Below, in pieces: positions 49,485-59,036 of a DNA stretch of 62,907 bases. The DNA comes from a virus (lineage: Duplodnaviria > Caudoviricetes): IMG/VR virus record IMGVR_UViG_3300017967_000020, positions 1 to 62,907 of that record, one strand, 5' to 3'. The notes under the pieces were generated by a model, which worked only from the letters and a program-made list of their open reading frames with translations, did no database searches and was not told the DNA's origin. The first letter of the stretch is position 1. Every line of letters starts with the position of its first letter. The position numbers and the translations under genes are program-made.

Positions 49485-50321
49485 ATGAATATAATAGGAT
49501 TAGGAAAAGCAGGATGTAAGATAGCAGATCTATTCAAAGAATATCCTCAGTATAATGTCTTTTTACTTGACTCAGATGATAAGTATAAGAGAAAGAAGAA
49601 TTGTTTTTACATACCTCCTCAGCAAACAGCAGAACTTTATGATGCAAATGCAATAAATTTAGCAAAACTTGTAGAGTCGCTTGATGAAGATGAGGAGGTG
49701 TATTTTATTGTCTGCGGTTCAGGAAAGATATCAGCATGTTCTCTTTGGATATTGGAGCAGATATCTCACAGAAAGGTGACAATTGTATATGTAAAGCCAG
49801 ATATCTCTTCTTTAGATAACAAATCTGTGCTTAGGAATAGAGCACATTTTCACATCCTTCAGGAATATACCAGATCTGGTGTTTTTGAGAAGATGTTGAT
49901 ATTCGATAATAGCAAGATGTCAGATATCATTGGGAAGACGTCAATATTAAATTTCTACCCTAAGATTAATAGATTAGTAGCCACTTCTATCCATTGGTAC
50001 AACATCTACATGAACACAGAACCAGTGTTTGACACATTCAGAGAGAAATATGTCAGTTCAAGAATAGGAACTTTCAGCATCGTAAATATCGATAATGAGC
50101 AAGTCATAGATTGTCAGGAGATAAATAATTCAAATCAAATTGAATATTTCTTTGGCGTCAATCGTATAAGAATAGAGAACGATGAAGAGTTGTTTGACAA
50201 ATTGACAAGCATCTCATCTTCCGACTCAGAAGAGTCTATTTCTTTTGGAGTCTATCCGACTGATCTAGAAGAAGGCTTTTCATTCGCTTTGAAAACATCA
50301 TCTGAAATTCAATCTGAATAA
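49485..50321 (+). CDS. Divergent tubulin/FtsZ-family protein (PhuZ-like)
   Basis: N-terminal IIGLGKAGCKIAD, later .P....NRA and IFDN elements; signature GGGTGSG degenerate (GSGKISA). Confidence 0.6.
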   Translation: MNIIGLGKAGCKIADLFKEYPQYNVFLLDSDDKYKRKKNCFYIPPQQTAELYDANAINLAKLVESLDEDEEVYFIVCGSGKISACSLWILEQISHRKVTIVYVKPDISSLDNKSVLRNRAHFHILQEYTRSGVFEKMLIFDNSKMSDIIGKTSILNFYPKINRLVATSIHWYNIYMNTEPVFDTFREKYVSSRIGTFSIVNIDNEQVIDCQEINNSNQIEYFFGVNRIRIENDEELFDKLTSISSSDSEESISFGVYPTDLEEGFSFALKTSSEIQSE

Positions 50322-50342
50322 AATGCTGCTCTCAAGCGTATA
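50315..50342 (+). promoter_or_regulatory. Putative early/middle promoter TGAATA-N16-CGTATA
   Basis: Bipartite motif copy. Confidence 0.65.
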
Positions 50343-50367
50343 GAATATGTCAACGCAAGGAGATAAA

Positions 50368-50649
50368 ATGACAAACATCAAATATTATCGTGGAACATTC
50401 TCAAAATCAAATGGAGAGATCCGCACTATGTTCTTTGTTCGTACAGAGGACTTGCCATCTACATTCGTAGAGAACAATACTAAAGGAACAGGTAAAGCAC
50501 GTAATCTTAAAGAAGGCTTAGAAACCGTATGGGATCTTCAGGCTCAGGGATGGCGTACTTTTAATTGGCGTACTGCCAATACTGAAGAAATTGTTTCTTT
50601 TGAAGCAAATGAAGAAATTTTGAATAATTTCAACAACACAATCGTATAA
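50368..50649 (+). CDS. WYL_2/Sm-like SH3-fold protein
   Basis: F.KSNGEIRTM....VWDL..QGWRTF pattern; GGAG RBS before ATG 50368. Confidence 0.6.
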   Translation: MTNIKYYRGTFSKSNGEIRTMFFVRTEDLPSTFVENNTKGTGKARNLKEGLETVWDLQAQGWRTFNWRTANTEEIVSFEANEEILNNFNNTIV

Positions 50650-50650
50650 T
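50621..50650 (+). promoter_or_regulatory. Putative early/middle promoter TGAATA-N16-CGTATAAT
   Basis: Bipartite motif before the SSB gene. Confidence 0.65.
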
Positions 50651-50722
50651 ACAATAGAGGGATGAAAGATCATTCATCTCTACTTTAGACAAAAAGTCAA
50701 AATTAAACAAAGGAGAAATATT

Positions 50723-51490
50723 ATGGCTATTGATTTTAACAAAATGAAGCAAAAACTAAACGCATTGCAAGGAAATGACAATGGAAACTCAACTCAAAAC
50801 ACATTTTGGAAACCACAAGACGGCGATCAAACAATTCGCATTGTTTGTCCCGAAGATGGCGATCCGTTCAAGCAATATTACTTTCATTATAATGTAGGTA
50901 AGAATCCCGGATTTTTGTGTCCTAAGAAGATGCACGGTAAAGACTGCCCTGTTTGCAACTTTGCTTGGAGCACTTATAATGATGCAAAAGCAGCAGGTGA
51001 TACTGAAACTCTCAAGTTCTGTAAAACTCTGTTTGCCAAGGAACGCTTTTTCTCACCTGTTGTAGTTCGAGGTGAAGAGGATCAAGGTATTAAATTGTGG
51101 GGCTATGGAAAAACGGCTTATGGCGAAATGATTGGGCTGGTAACTAATCCCGACTATGGTGATATTACTGATGTTGATGGCGGAACTGATCTGACTATTA
51201 ACTACGGTAAGCCACCCGGAGCACAGTTCCCAGTAACTAAAATCACTCCACGCCGTCGTCCTAGTGCTTTGGCTGAAACCTCTGAAGATATTGTCCGTAT
51301 TATGGATTCAATGCCTTCATTCACAGAGAATTTCAATTCAAAAACTACAGAAGAAATCGAAACAATGCTTTCTGACTTCTTGAATGCCGAAGCAGGCTCA
51401 TCAACTACTGATAACTCAACTGGAACAGTTCAATATTCCAACACAGAGACATCAGACGTAGATGCAGCATTTAAAGAGTTGTTATCGTAA
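50723..51490 (+). CDS. Single-stranded DNA-binding protein (T4 gp32-like)
   Basis: FWKP..G...IRI, CP...CPVC zinc site, YGDITD..G.D and acidic tail DVDAAFKELLS. Confidence 0.85.
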   Translation: MAIDFNKMKQKLNALQGNDNGNSTQNTFWKPQDGDQTIRIVCPEDGDPFKQYYFHYNVGKNPGFLCPKKMHGKDCPVCNFAWSTYNDAKAAGDTETLKFCKTLFAKERFFSPVVVRGEEDQGIKLWGYGKTAYGEMIGLVTNPDYGDITDVDGGTDLTINYGKPPGAQFPVTKITPRRRPSALAETSEDIVRIMDSMPSFTENFNSKTTEEIETMLSDFLNAEAGSSTTDNSTGTVQYSNTETSDVDAAFKELLS

Positions 51491-51627
51491 TTATCTCCTA
51501 TAGATAATGGGAGTTTGACAGTTCTCTCCAAAAACTGTCACCTTATAGAAGTATTATTTATTATCCTTATATTATCTGATATCTTCTTTTTCGTTCCGCA
51601 GGGAGGCATGGGATTACAGATGCCTCA
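51490..51627 (+). ncRNA. Candidate structured RNA in the recA leader (hairpin + two H-type pseudoknots)
   Basis: Pairings: GGGAG/CTCTC with TGACAGT/ACTGTCA; GTTCC/GGGAT with GAGGCAT/ATGCCTC. Confidence 0.4.
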
Positions 51628-51649
51628 TTTTACAAACAATGGAGAAACG

Positions 51650-52786
51650 ATGGCTCGCAAAGCAAAGATTAAGTCCGGAAACGGCAAACTGTCTTTTAAA
51701 GACAAACTAAAGATGATTAATAAATTGGCAGGTGGTGATGTAGCACACGATCTGACAGAAGAAAACCCAACAGATGTATATGATTGGATCCCAACCTCTT
51801 CAACTTGGTTGGACTCTATTATCTGCAGAGGACAGAAAGCAGGTATTCCTGTTGGTAGAATTACAGAATTAGCAGGACTGAGTGGAACAGGAAAGTCTTA
51901 TATGGCTGCTCAGATCTCTGGTAATGCACAGAAAAAAGGCTACAACGTTTATTATTTCGATTCCGAGTCGGCAATTAGTTCTGATTTCCTTGAAAAGTGT
52001 GGTTGTGTTTTAGAAGAGTCAGAAGATTATGGAGACTTTGTATATATTCAGGCTCAGAATGTCGAGTTTGTTCTTGAGACTATTGAAACAATCTTGGCAT
52101 CAGGAGAAGAGAATAATCTGTTTGTGTGGGATTCCTTGGCTCTTACTCCTGCTATTGCTGACTTAGAATCGGATTTTAATCCTCAGAGTACGATGGCAGT
52201 AAAGCCTCGTATCCTGTCGAAAGGTTTGGCTAAACTACTGCAGCCAATCTCTAATTCCAACTCCGCTTTGCTGGTATTGAATCAGTTGAAAGATAACATC
52301 ACTCGATCACCTGCTGAAGCACTTACTACGCCTTATTTCACTCCCGGTGGAAAAGCACTAATCTATTCATATTCCCTCCGTATTTGGCTTACAGGGAGAA
52401 AAGCAAAGGCATCCTTTGTTACAGATGATAAGGGCTATAGGATTGGTTCCGAAGTAAAATGTAAATTAGAAAAGTCACGCTTTGGAACGCACGGACGTAT
52501 GTGTAACTTCAAGATCCTATGGGGTGACGAAGTAGGTATTCAAGATGAAGAATCTTGGTTTGATGCTATTGCTCCTTCTGAATATATCAGCAATAGTGGG
52601 GCTTGGTTTAATCTTAAGAAAGATGATTTCGAGAGAAAGTTTCAGAAAGGAAAGTTTGCTGATATGGCTAGAGAAGATCAAGAATTTAGAAAAGTTATTT
52701 TGGACATCATTGATGAAGAAGTCATCATGAAGTTTGATAAAAGATTGGGTGAGGCATCCCAGTATTACGAAGAAAATGATGAATAG
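51650..52786 (+). CDS. recA: RecA/UvsX recombinase
   Basis: GIPVGRITELAGLSGTGKS, FDSE, VWDS, LNQL and TPGGKAL; ATG 51650 with GGAG RBS. Confidence 0.93.
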   Translation: MARKAKIKSGNGKLSFKDKLKMINKLAGGDVAHDLTEENPTDVYDWIPTSSTWLDSIICRGQKAGIPVGRITELAGLSGTGKSYMAAQISGNAQKKGYNVYYFDSESAISSDFLEKCGCVLEESEDYGDFVYIQAQNVEFVLETIETILASGEENNLFVWDSLALTPAIADLESDFNPQSTMAVKPRILSKGLAKLLQPISNSNSALLVLNQLKDNITRSPAEALTTPYFTPGGKALIYSYSLRIWLTGRKAKASFVTDDKGYRIGSEVKCKLEKSRFGTHGRMCNFKILWGDEVGIQDEESWFDAIAPSEYISNSGAWFNLKKDDFERKFQKGKFADMAREDQEFRKVILDIIDEEVIMKFDKRLGEASQYYEENDE

Positions 52787-52823
52787 AAACGTAATATAAA
52801 ATGACTCCTTTGTTTGTGTTGTG

Positions 52824-52858
52824 GCTCCCTATCATTAATTTGGTAGGGAGTTTTTTTT
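52824..52858 (+). terminator. Rho-independent terminator after recA
   Basis: GCTCCCTATCA-TTAATT-TGGTAGGGAGT-T7. Confidence 0.85.
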
Positions 52859-52886
52859 GAATATACTTTAATTTTAATCGTATAAT
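52858..52886 (+). promoter_or_regulatory. Putative early/middle promoter TGAATA-N15-CGTATAAT
   Basis: Bipartite motif directly after the terminator. Confidence 0.65.
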
Positions 52887-52901
52887 ATATGTGGAGGGAT
52901 T

Positions 52902-53870
52902 ATGAAAAAAATTTTAATTATTGATGCACTTAATATGTTTTTTAGGTGCTATGCAAGGGATCCAAGTATTAGCATTCAAGGAAACCCTGCAGGCGGCTGT
53001 GTAGGCTTTCTAAAGAGTTTGCAGAAGTCTATAAGGCTAACTAACCCTGACGATGTTGTAATCGTTTGGGATGGCGGTGGAGGCTCTAGAAAGCGTCGCC
53101 AAATCAATGCTAATTATAAAGCAGGAAGAAAGGTTGTACATCTTCCAAAAGATATGGGACTTGACTTTTCAAAACAAGAAGAGCAAGACAATAAAATATG
53201 GCAACAGTCTAGGTTATTAGAATATCTAGATCATTTACCTATTTGTCAATTTATGTTTGAAGATGTTGAAGCAGATGATATCATCTCAGCAATTGTTCAA
53301 TCAAAAGCAGCGGCAAATGATCAAAAAATCATTTTGTCAAATGATAAAGACTTTATGCAGCTATGTGATGACAAGACGATATTGATGCGCCCTGCCAAAA
53401 AGCCTTGGGAAATATTGAATGTAAAAAGAATTCTAGAAGAATATGGCATTCATCCAAATAATATGGCATTAGCAAGGGCTATAGTTGGCGATCCATCAGA
53501 TAATCTTCCGGGAGTACCGGGGCTTGGATTTGGGCGAGTAGTCAAATTCTTTCCTTTCCTCTCTGAAGAAAGAGAATTCAATATCCAAGATCTATTTAAT
53601 GCAAGTAGAAATCTTCTCTTAGAAAAGAAGAGTAAATACCTATCAGATTTCTTGGAGCACGAAGAGGTAATACGTGAAAATTATAAAATTATGCAACTCT
53701 ATCAACCATCTGTCTCTTATCAAAGAAAACAAATTGTAGAAAATTGTCTTACAAATAGAGACAAACACTTCAATTTAACAGGGCTGAAATTGATGCTATC
53801 AGAAGACGGATTTATGTCTTTAAACTGGGATGTACTTGAACAAACAATGAGAAGAATTATTTCTGAATAA
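52902..53870 (+). CDS. 5'-3' exonuclease / flap endonuclease (T4 RNase H-like)
   Basis: ILIIDALN, VWDG, YKAGR, EADDII, SNDKDFMQL and GDPSDNLPGVPGLG. Confidence 0.93.
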   Translation: MKKILIIDALNMFFRCYARDPSISIQGNPAGGCVGFLKSLQKSIRLTNPDDVVIVWDGGGGSRKRRQINANYKAGRKVVHLPKDMGLDFSKQEEQDNKIWQQSRLLEYLDHLPICQFMFEDVEADDIISAIVQSKAAANDQKIILSNDKDFMQLCDDKTILMRPAKKPWEILNVKRILEEYGIHPNNMALARAIVGDPSDNLPGVPGLGFGRVVKFFPFLSEEREFNIQDLFNASRNLLLEKKSKYLSDFLEHEEVIRENYKIMQLYQPSVSYQRKQIVENCLTNRDKHFNLTGLKLMLSEDGFMSLNWDVLEQTMRRIISE

Positions 53871-53892
53871 AAACACAACATAATCGTATAAT
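53864..53892 (+). promoter_or_regulatory. Putative early/middle promoter TGAATA-N15-CGTATAAT
   Basis: Bipartite motif before the helicase gene. Confidence 0.65.
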
Positions 53893-53913
53893 AAAAACAA
53901 ACAAGGAGGGTTA

Positions 53914-55275
53914 ATGAATATGAGAAAATCACCAGAAGATTTTTCCAGATTTGGAAAACATTTTCAAGAATCAATGGTTCAGTTAATGTTGGAGGATAGA
54001 AACTACTGTGATCAAATCACGGAAGTGCTTGATATCAATTTCTTTGAATTATCTTATCTACAGACATTCGTGTCTAAAATCATCAAATATCGTGAGAAAT
54101 ACAAGGTTCATCCGACATACAAGACGATGATTACAATCTTACGAACAGAACTGGAAAATGAAAATGAAGCATTACAGCGTCAAATAAAGGAGTATTTTGC
54201 TCGTATTCACGGATCTGAAGTTGAAGACTCAGAGTATATTATGGGAGTTAGTCTTGACTTCTGTCGAAAACAGAAACTAAAAGGTGCTCTAATGGAGACT
54301 GTAGAGCTTATGCAGTCGTCCTCATTTGATGAAATTAGCAAAATTATTAATGATGCACTTTCATTGGGTTTGGGCAATGAGGCAGGCTATGAATATCTTA
54401 CAGACTTTGAAGAAAGATATCAATTAAAGGCTCGTAATCCTCAATCTACAGGATGGGATGAGATAGACGACATCACACAAGGTGGGTTGGGTATGGGCGA
54501 ATTAGGAGTGGTTGTTGCTCCTACTGGAGCAGGTAAATCAATGGTTCTAACTTATTTGGGAGCCGAAGCGATTAAGACAGGTAAAACAGTTGTGCACTAT
54601 ACTTTTGAACTTTCTGATAAAGTTATTGGCAGACGCTATGATTCATGTATAACCAATGTCCCACTTCAAGATTTGAATAAATTTAAAGAACAAGTTTACG
54701 ATGAGATTAGTCAATTAAAAGGAACGCTTATAATTAAAGAATACCCAACAAAATCAGCTTCAACTCAGACTTTAAGAAATCATTTGGAGAAGTTGAAAAA
54801 ACGGGGAATTGATATTGGTATGATTATTGTTGATTATGCCGATTTATTGAAGCCTGTTAGTATGACGAGGGAGAAAAGGCATGATTTGGAGAACATTTAT
54901 GAGGAATTGCGAGGTATCGCTCAAACATTTCAATGTCCGTTGTGGACTGCTTCTCAGACAAATCGTTCCGGACTCAATGCCGAAGTTGTCACGATGGAAG
55001 CAATCTCAGAAGCATTCAATAAATGCTTTGTTGCTGACTTTATTTGCTCTGTATCAAGAACGGCTCAAGATAAAGTCAATAATACTGGTAGAATGTTCGT
55101 AGCTAAGAATAGAAATGGAGTAGACGGTATCGTATATCCTATCATGGCTGATTGGAGCACTGTATCAATGGAAGTTCTGGCTGAGTCTACAGAAACAATG
55201 CAGGAAATAGAGGAAAGATCTCTCTCTGAGCACAAAGCAGATCTATACCAAAGATACAAAAATAAGGAGAAATAA
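53914..55275 (+). CDS. dnaB: Replicative DnaB-like helicase (gp41-like)
   Basis: Walker A APTGAGKS, IIVDYADLL, TASQTNRSG and KNRNG. Confidence 0.92.
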   Translation: MNMRKSPEDFSRFGKHFQESMVQLMLEDRNYCDQITEVLDINFFELSYLQTFVSKIIKYREKYKVHPTYKTMITILRTELENENEALQRQIKEYFARIHGSEVEDSEYIMGVSLDFCRKQKLKGALMETVELMQSSSFDEISKIINDALSLGLGNEAGYEYLTDFEERYQLKARNPQSTGWDEIDDITQGGLGMGELGVVVAPTGAGKSMVLTYLGAEAIKTGKTVVHYTFELSDKVIGRRYDSCITNVPLQDLNKFKEQVYDEISQLKGTLIIKEYPTKSASTQTLRNHLEKLKKRGIDIGMIIVDYADLLKPVSMTREKRHDLENIYEELRGIAQTFQCPLWTASQTNRSGLNAEVVTMEAISEAFNKCFVADFICSVSRTAQDKVNNTGRMFVAKNRNGVDGIVYPIMADWSTVSMEVLAESTETMQEIEERSLSEHKADLYQRYKNKEK

Positions 55276-55276
55276 G

Positions 55277-57133
55277 ATGGAAGTATCAAATCAAATACTA
55301 TCGGACATCACAGTCCACATGAAATACGCTCGTTATCTGGAAGACAAGCAGAGACGAGAAAACTGGAATGAACTTGTCACTCGTAATATGGAGATGCATA
55401 TTAAAAAATATCCTCAACTGAGGGATGAGATCATTGAAACTTATAAGATGGTATTTGACAAGAAAGTACTTCCATCAATGCGCTCAATGCAATTTGGAGG
55501 AAAGCCAATTGAACTTTCTCCTAACCGTATCTTCAATTGTGCTTTTATGCCGGTTGACGATCTGCGTTCTTTCTCAGAAGCAATGTTCTTGCTTTTGGGT
55601 GGAACTGGAGTAGGATTCTCAGTTCAAAAGCACCACATTGAGAAGTTGCCTGAGATCCGCAAGCCAAATGAGAACAGAACTCGACGATATCTTGTTGCCG
55701 ACTCTATTGAAGGATGGGCAGATGCCATTAAAGTACTTCTTAATTCTTATTTTAATGGTACATCGAAAATTCGTTTTGATTTTTCTGATATTCGCCCAAA
55801 AGGAGCAAAACTGATTACTTCCGGTGGTAAAGCACCCGGCCCACAGCCTCTTCGTGAATGCATCGTGAAGGTAAAGGGAATCCTGCGTGAAAAGCAAGAT
55901 GGAGACAAATTGACTACTCTTGAAGCACATGATATTATGTGTCATATTGCTGACGCTGTCCTTGCAGGTGGTATTCGACGTGCCGCTTTGATCTCTTTGT
56001 TCTCTGCAGATGACGTGGAAATGCTGACTTGTAAATCGGGTAATTGGTGGGAATTGAACCCTCAGCGTGGTAGAGCAAATAACTCAGTAGTTCTTCTTCG
56101 TCACCGAGTCACAAAAGACTTCTTTATGGACATCTGGGAACGTGTGAAAGCGTCAGGTGCTGGAGAGCCCGGATTCTACTTCTCTAACGATAAAGATTGG
56201 GGTACAAATCCTTGCTGCGAGATCGCTCTTCGCTCCTATCAGTTCTGTAACTTGACTGAGATCAATGTATCAGATATTCAGAGTCAAGAGGAATTAGAAA
56301 AGCGCTCAAGAGCAGCAGCGTTTATTGGGACACTTCAGGCTGGTTATACAGACTTTCATTATCTTCGTCCTGTGTGGCAACGTACAACTGAGAAAGATGC
56401 TCTTGTAGGAGTATCTATGACTGGTATTGCATCAGGTGGGGTTCTAGGATTGGATATGAATCAAGCAGCCCTTGAAGTCAAGAAAGAGAACCGTAGAATT
56501 GCAATGCAAATTGGCATTAAGCCAGCGGCTCGAACAACTTGTGTGAAGCCTGCCGGAACCACTTCATTGACTCTTGGAACTTCCTCCGGAATTCATGCGT
56601 GGCATAACGACTTTTATATACGCAGAATCCGCGTAGGAAAGAATGAGGCAATTTATCAATATCTGGCAATCAACCATCCAGAGTTGGTTGAAGACGAATA
56701 TTTCTCACCTCATGACACAGCAGTTATTTCTGCACCACAGAAGGCTCCTGAAGGCGCCATAACACGTTCTGAGAGTGCTATGGATATGTTGAGTAGGGTA
56801 AAAGACGTAACCTCTTCTTGGGTGCGTGGTGGACACCAGAAAGGACAGAATACACACAATGTTTCTGCTACTGTTACCATCAAAGATGATGAATGGGATA
56901 TGGTTGGTGAATGGATGTGGGAAAATCGTGAATTCTATAATGGATTATCTGTTCTTCCTTTCTCTGATCATACTTATAAACAAGCTCCCTTTGAGGACTG
57001 TTCAGAGGAAGAGTATCAAGAAATGCTCAAACATTTGAAAGAAATTAATCTAGATAATGTTATAGAGATCGATGACAATACAGAACTCACAGGGCAAGTA
57101 GCCTGTGGTGGAGGATCTTGCGAAATCTTTTAA
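55277..57133 (+). CDS. nrdJ: Class II (B12-dependent) ribonucleotide reductase
   Basis: FNCAF, GGIRRAA, TNPCCEI, CNLTE, VKPAGT and C-terminal CGGGSCEI; no NrdB gene nearby. Confidence 0.9.
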   Translation: MEVSNQILSDITVHMKYARYLEDKQRRENWNELVTRNMEMHIKKYPQLRDEIIETYKMVFDKKVLPSMRSMQFGGKPIELSPNRIFNCAFMPVDDLRSFSEAMFLLLGGTGVGFSVQKHHIEKLPEIRKPNENRTRRYLVADSIEGWADAIKVLLNSYFNGTSKIRFDFSDIRPKGAKLITSGGKAPGPQPLRECIVKVKGILREKQDGDKLTTLEAHDIMCHIADAVLAGGIRRAALISLFSADDVEMLTCKSGNWWELNPQRGRANNSVVLLRHRVTKDFFMDIWERVKASGAGEPGFYFSNDKDWGTNPCCEIALRSYQFCNLTEINVSDIQSQEELEKRSRAAAFIGTLQAGYTDFHYLRPVWQRTTEKDALVGVSMTGIASGGVLGLDMNQAALEVKKENRRIAMQIGIKPAARTTCVKPAGTTSLTLGTSSGIHAWHNDFYIRRIRVGKNEAIYQYLAINHPELVEDEYFSPHDTAVISAPQKAPEGAITRSESAMDMLSRVKDVTSSWVRGGHQKGQNTHNVSATVTIKDDEWDMVGEWMWENREFYNGLSVLPFSDHTYKQAPFEDCSEEEYQEMLKHLKEINLDNVIEIDDNTELTGQVACGGGSCEIF

Positions 57134-57160
57134 CCCCCTAAATAAAAAACAAAATTTGTT

Positions 57161-57207
57161 CCCCAATGAAGTATACACTGATAAGGTTGCCTCTCTTGGG
57201 GTTTTTT
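57161..57207 (+). terminator. Possible terminator after nrdJ
   Basis: CCCCAA...TTGGGG-T6 with an imperfect interior. Confidence 0.4.
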
Positions 57208-57209
57208 AT

Positions 57210-57239
57210 TGAATAAAAACGACTGTTCAAACGTATAAT
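57210..57239 (+). promoter_or_regulatory. Putative early/middle promoter TGAATA-N16-CGTATAAT
   Basis: Bipartite motif before the GroES-like gene and thyX. Confidence 0.65.
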
Positions 57240-57254
57240 ATAAGAGGAGGAATT

Positions 57255-57524
57255 ATGAAACCAGTTAATAGACATTTATTGGTAGAAATACCAGTTGTAG
57301 AAGAAGAGGAAGTATCATCAACTTTTCTCTTGCCTGAGTCTTATAAGACAAAGGAAGTGCAGCGATATACGAGAGTTCGTATTATTGCTTGCGCAGATGA
57401 TTGCAAAGCCAACTATAGTGGCGAGGCATATGTAGAAACATCAATGATCGAGGATATCTCTATCAACGGTGAATTATATCATATTGTCCCTGAAAACTAT
57501 TTAGTACTGTTATTGGAGGCATAA
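57255..57524 (+). CDS. GroES-like co-chaperonin
   Basis: MKPVNRHLLVE..FLLPES..I.INGE.Y.IV.E..L pattern; 89 aa. Confidence 0.65.
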   Translation: MKPVNRHLLVEIPVVEEEEVSSTFLLPESYKTKEVQRYTRVRIIACADDCKANYSGEAYVETSMIEDISINGELYHIVPENYLVLLLEA

Positions 57525-58246
57525 TGGATGAAAAGACAATTTACTTATATGGAGATGATATCGGCAGCGTTTCTCTCGTTAATCACATGGGTGACGACAT
57601 CACTGTTGTTAATTCTGCAAGGGTTTCTTTTGGTGTCGAGAAACACGAACTCGATAGAAGAGACAAGCGCCTTATCAATTACCTTATTAAACATCGCCAC
57701 ACATCAACTCTTGAGCATAATCTTATTACTTTCAAATTCGTTGTCCCTTTGTTTGTGCGTTCTCAGCACCACAGGCATCGTACTTGGAGTTATAATGAGA
57801 TTAGTCGCAGATATACGGACAAAGATCTCAGGTTCTACGAACCACTGATGTTCAGAACTCAGCATGAGAGCAACCGTCAGGCATCAAATCAGGATGATGT
57901 AGCAAATCCTACAATTGCACCACAGTTCATCGATTCTTACATATCTGCAGCAGATGCAGTAAAATCATGGCATAACCAGTCGTTAGACTTTTTTAATAAG
58001 TTGATCGATGCGGGTGTCTGCCGAGAACAAGCAAGAGGTGTGCTGCCTCAGAATCTCTACACTGAGTATTATGGAACAGTGAACCTCAACAACCTTTTGA
58101 AGTTCATTGACTTGAGAACTCATGAAGGAGCGCAATGGGAGATCCAGAAAGTAGCAGAAGCCTGCTTGGATATCGCAACAGAACTGTTCCCAGTTACTGT
58201 GAACGCATATAGGAAGATTAGAAATGAAACCCAATCCTCATCGTGA
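57524..58246 (+). CDS. thyX: Flavin-dependent thymidylate synthase
   Basis: VNSARVSF, HTSTLEH, RHRTWSYNEISRRY, EQARGVLP and AQWEI. Confidence 0.95.
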   Translation: MDEKTIYLYGDDIGSVSLVNHMGDDITVVNSARVSFGVEKHELDRRDKRLINYLIKHRHTSTLEHNLITFKFVVPLFVRSQHHRHRTWSYNEISRRYTDKDLRFYEPLMFRTQHESNRQASNQDDVANPTIAPQFIDSYISAADAVKSWHNQSLDFFNKLIDAGVCREQARGVLPQNLYTEYYGTVNLNNLLKFIDLRTHEGAQWEIQKVAEACLDIATELFPVTVNAYRKIRNETQSSS

Positions 58247-59036
58247 AACAGATCTTTACTTTGATAAGGTAATAATCGGAAGCTCAGTCCAGGCAATGGT
58301 TACAGCATACAAATATGAAATTCCGATCTTTATAGATCAGACTCATAAACCATTGCCATTCTATCACATTCCTCCAGAATTGGATCTGTCTCAGATTGAT
58401 GTCAATAACCAAACTATGGAATATACTCTTCTCTCTGGTAAAAAAGAATTAAGAGGCATGCAGAAATTAGAACTATGGAATATTATGGCTTATAGATTGG
58501 GCATTATGGGACTACTTCCGATGTATGGAAAATATGAAAATAGATTTACTGAGAAGATTCCAATGAATAATAATATTCGAATGTTCACGATTAAAGCAGA
58601 CAATAAAGTAACGCATGTACATTCGAAAAAAACTATACTTTTTGATTATCAAAAATATATTGGAGGGAGTAGAACCTATATGGTTAATGATTATATCGAT
58701 TTGGATAGGACACATGACTTTAAGGCTGACTTGTTTGTGTCAAAAGATTGTGATTTCAAAGATACTTTATGCTTTGAAACAGTCTTTTTCAAAACAAAAA
58801 GAAGAAAGCATAGAATATGCGCTAAATCTATAATTTCGGAGTCCGCACTCCAATCTTGGAAATATAGTCAGACTTCTGTAAGACTAAAAACAGAAAGTTC
58901 CATATTCTGGAATCTGGAAAAAGACTTCGGACTAATATTAGGTGAAAGAGAGATTTGCCCAATAATGAACAGGATGGAAGATTCACTAGAAAACATTGTT
59001 AATTTTGATATTATGGATATGGAGATTTATAAGTGA
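58224..59036 (+). CDS. Hypothetical protein (degenerate Rossmann-like N-terminus)
   Basis: FDKVIIGSSVQAMVTAY resembles the start of a dinucleotide-binding fold but lacks a full GxGxxG. Confidence 0.4.
   Translation: MKPNPHRETDLYFDKVIIGSSVQAMVTAYKYEIPIFIDQTHKPLPFYHIPPELDLSQIDVNNQTMEYTLLSGKKELRGMQKLELWNIMAYRLGIMGLLPMYGKYENRFTEKIPMNNNIRMFTIKADNKVTHVHSKKTILFDYQKYIGGSRTYMVNDYIDLDRTHDFKADLFVSKDCDFKDTLCFETVFFKTKRRKHRICAKSIISESALQSWKYSQTSVRLKTESSIFWNLEKDFGLILGEREICPIMNRMEDSLENIVNFDIMDMEIYK

Noticed and set aside
51515-51649. N-terminal extension of RecA in the ORF track
   Set aside because: TTG start with a non-RecA-like translation; ATG 51650 has a GGAG RBS and the region is better explained as structured RNA.
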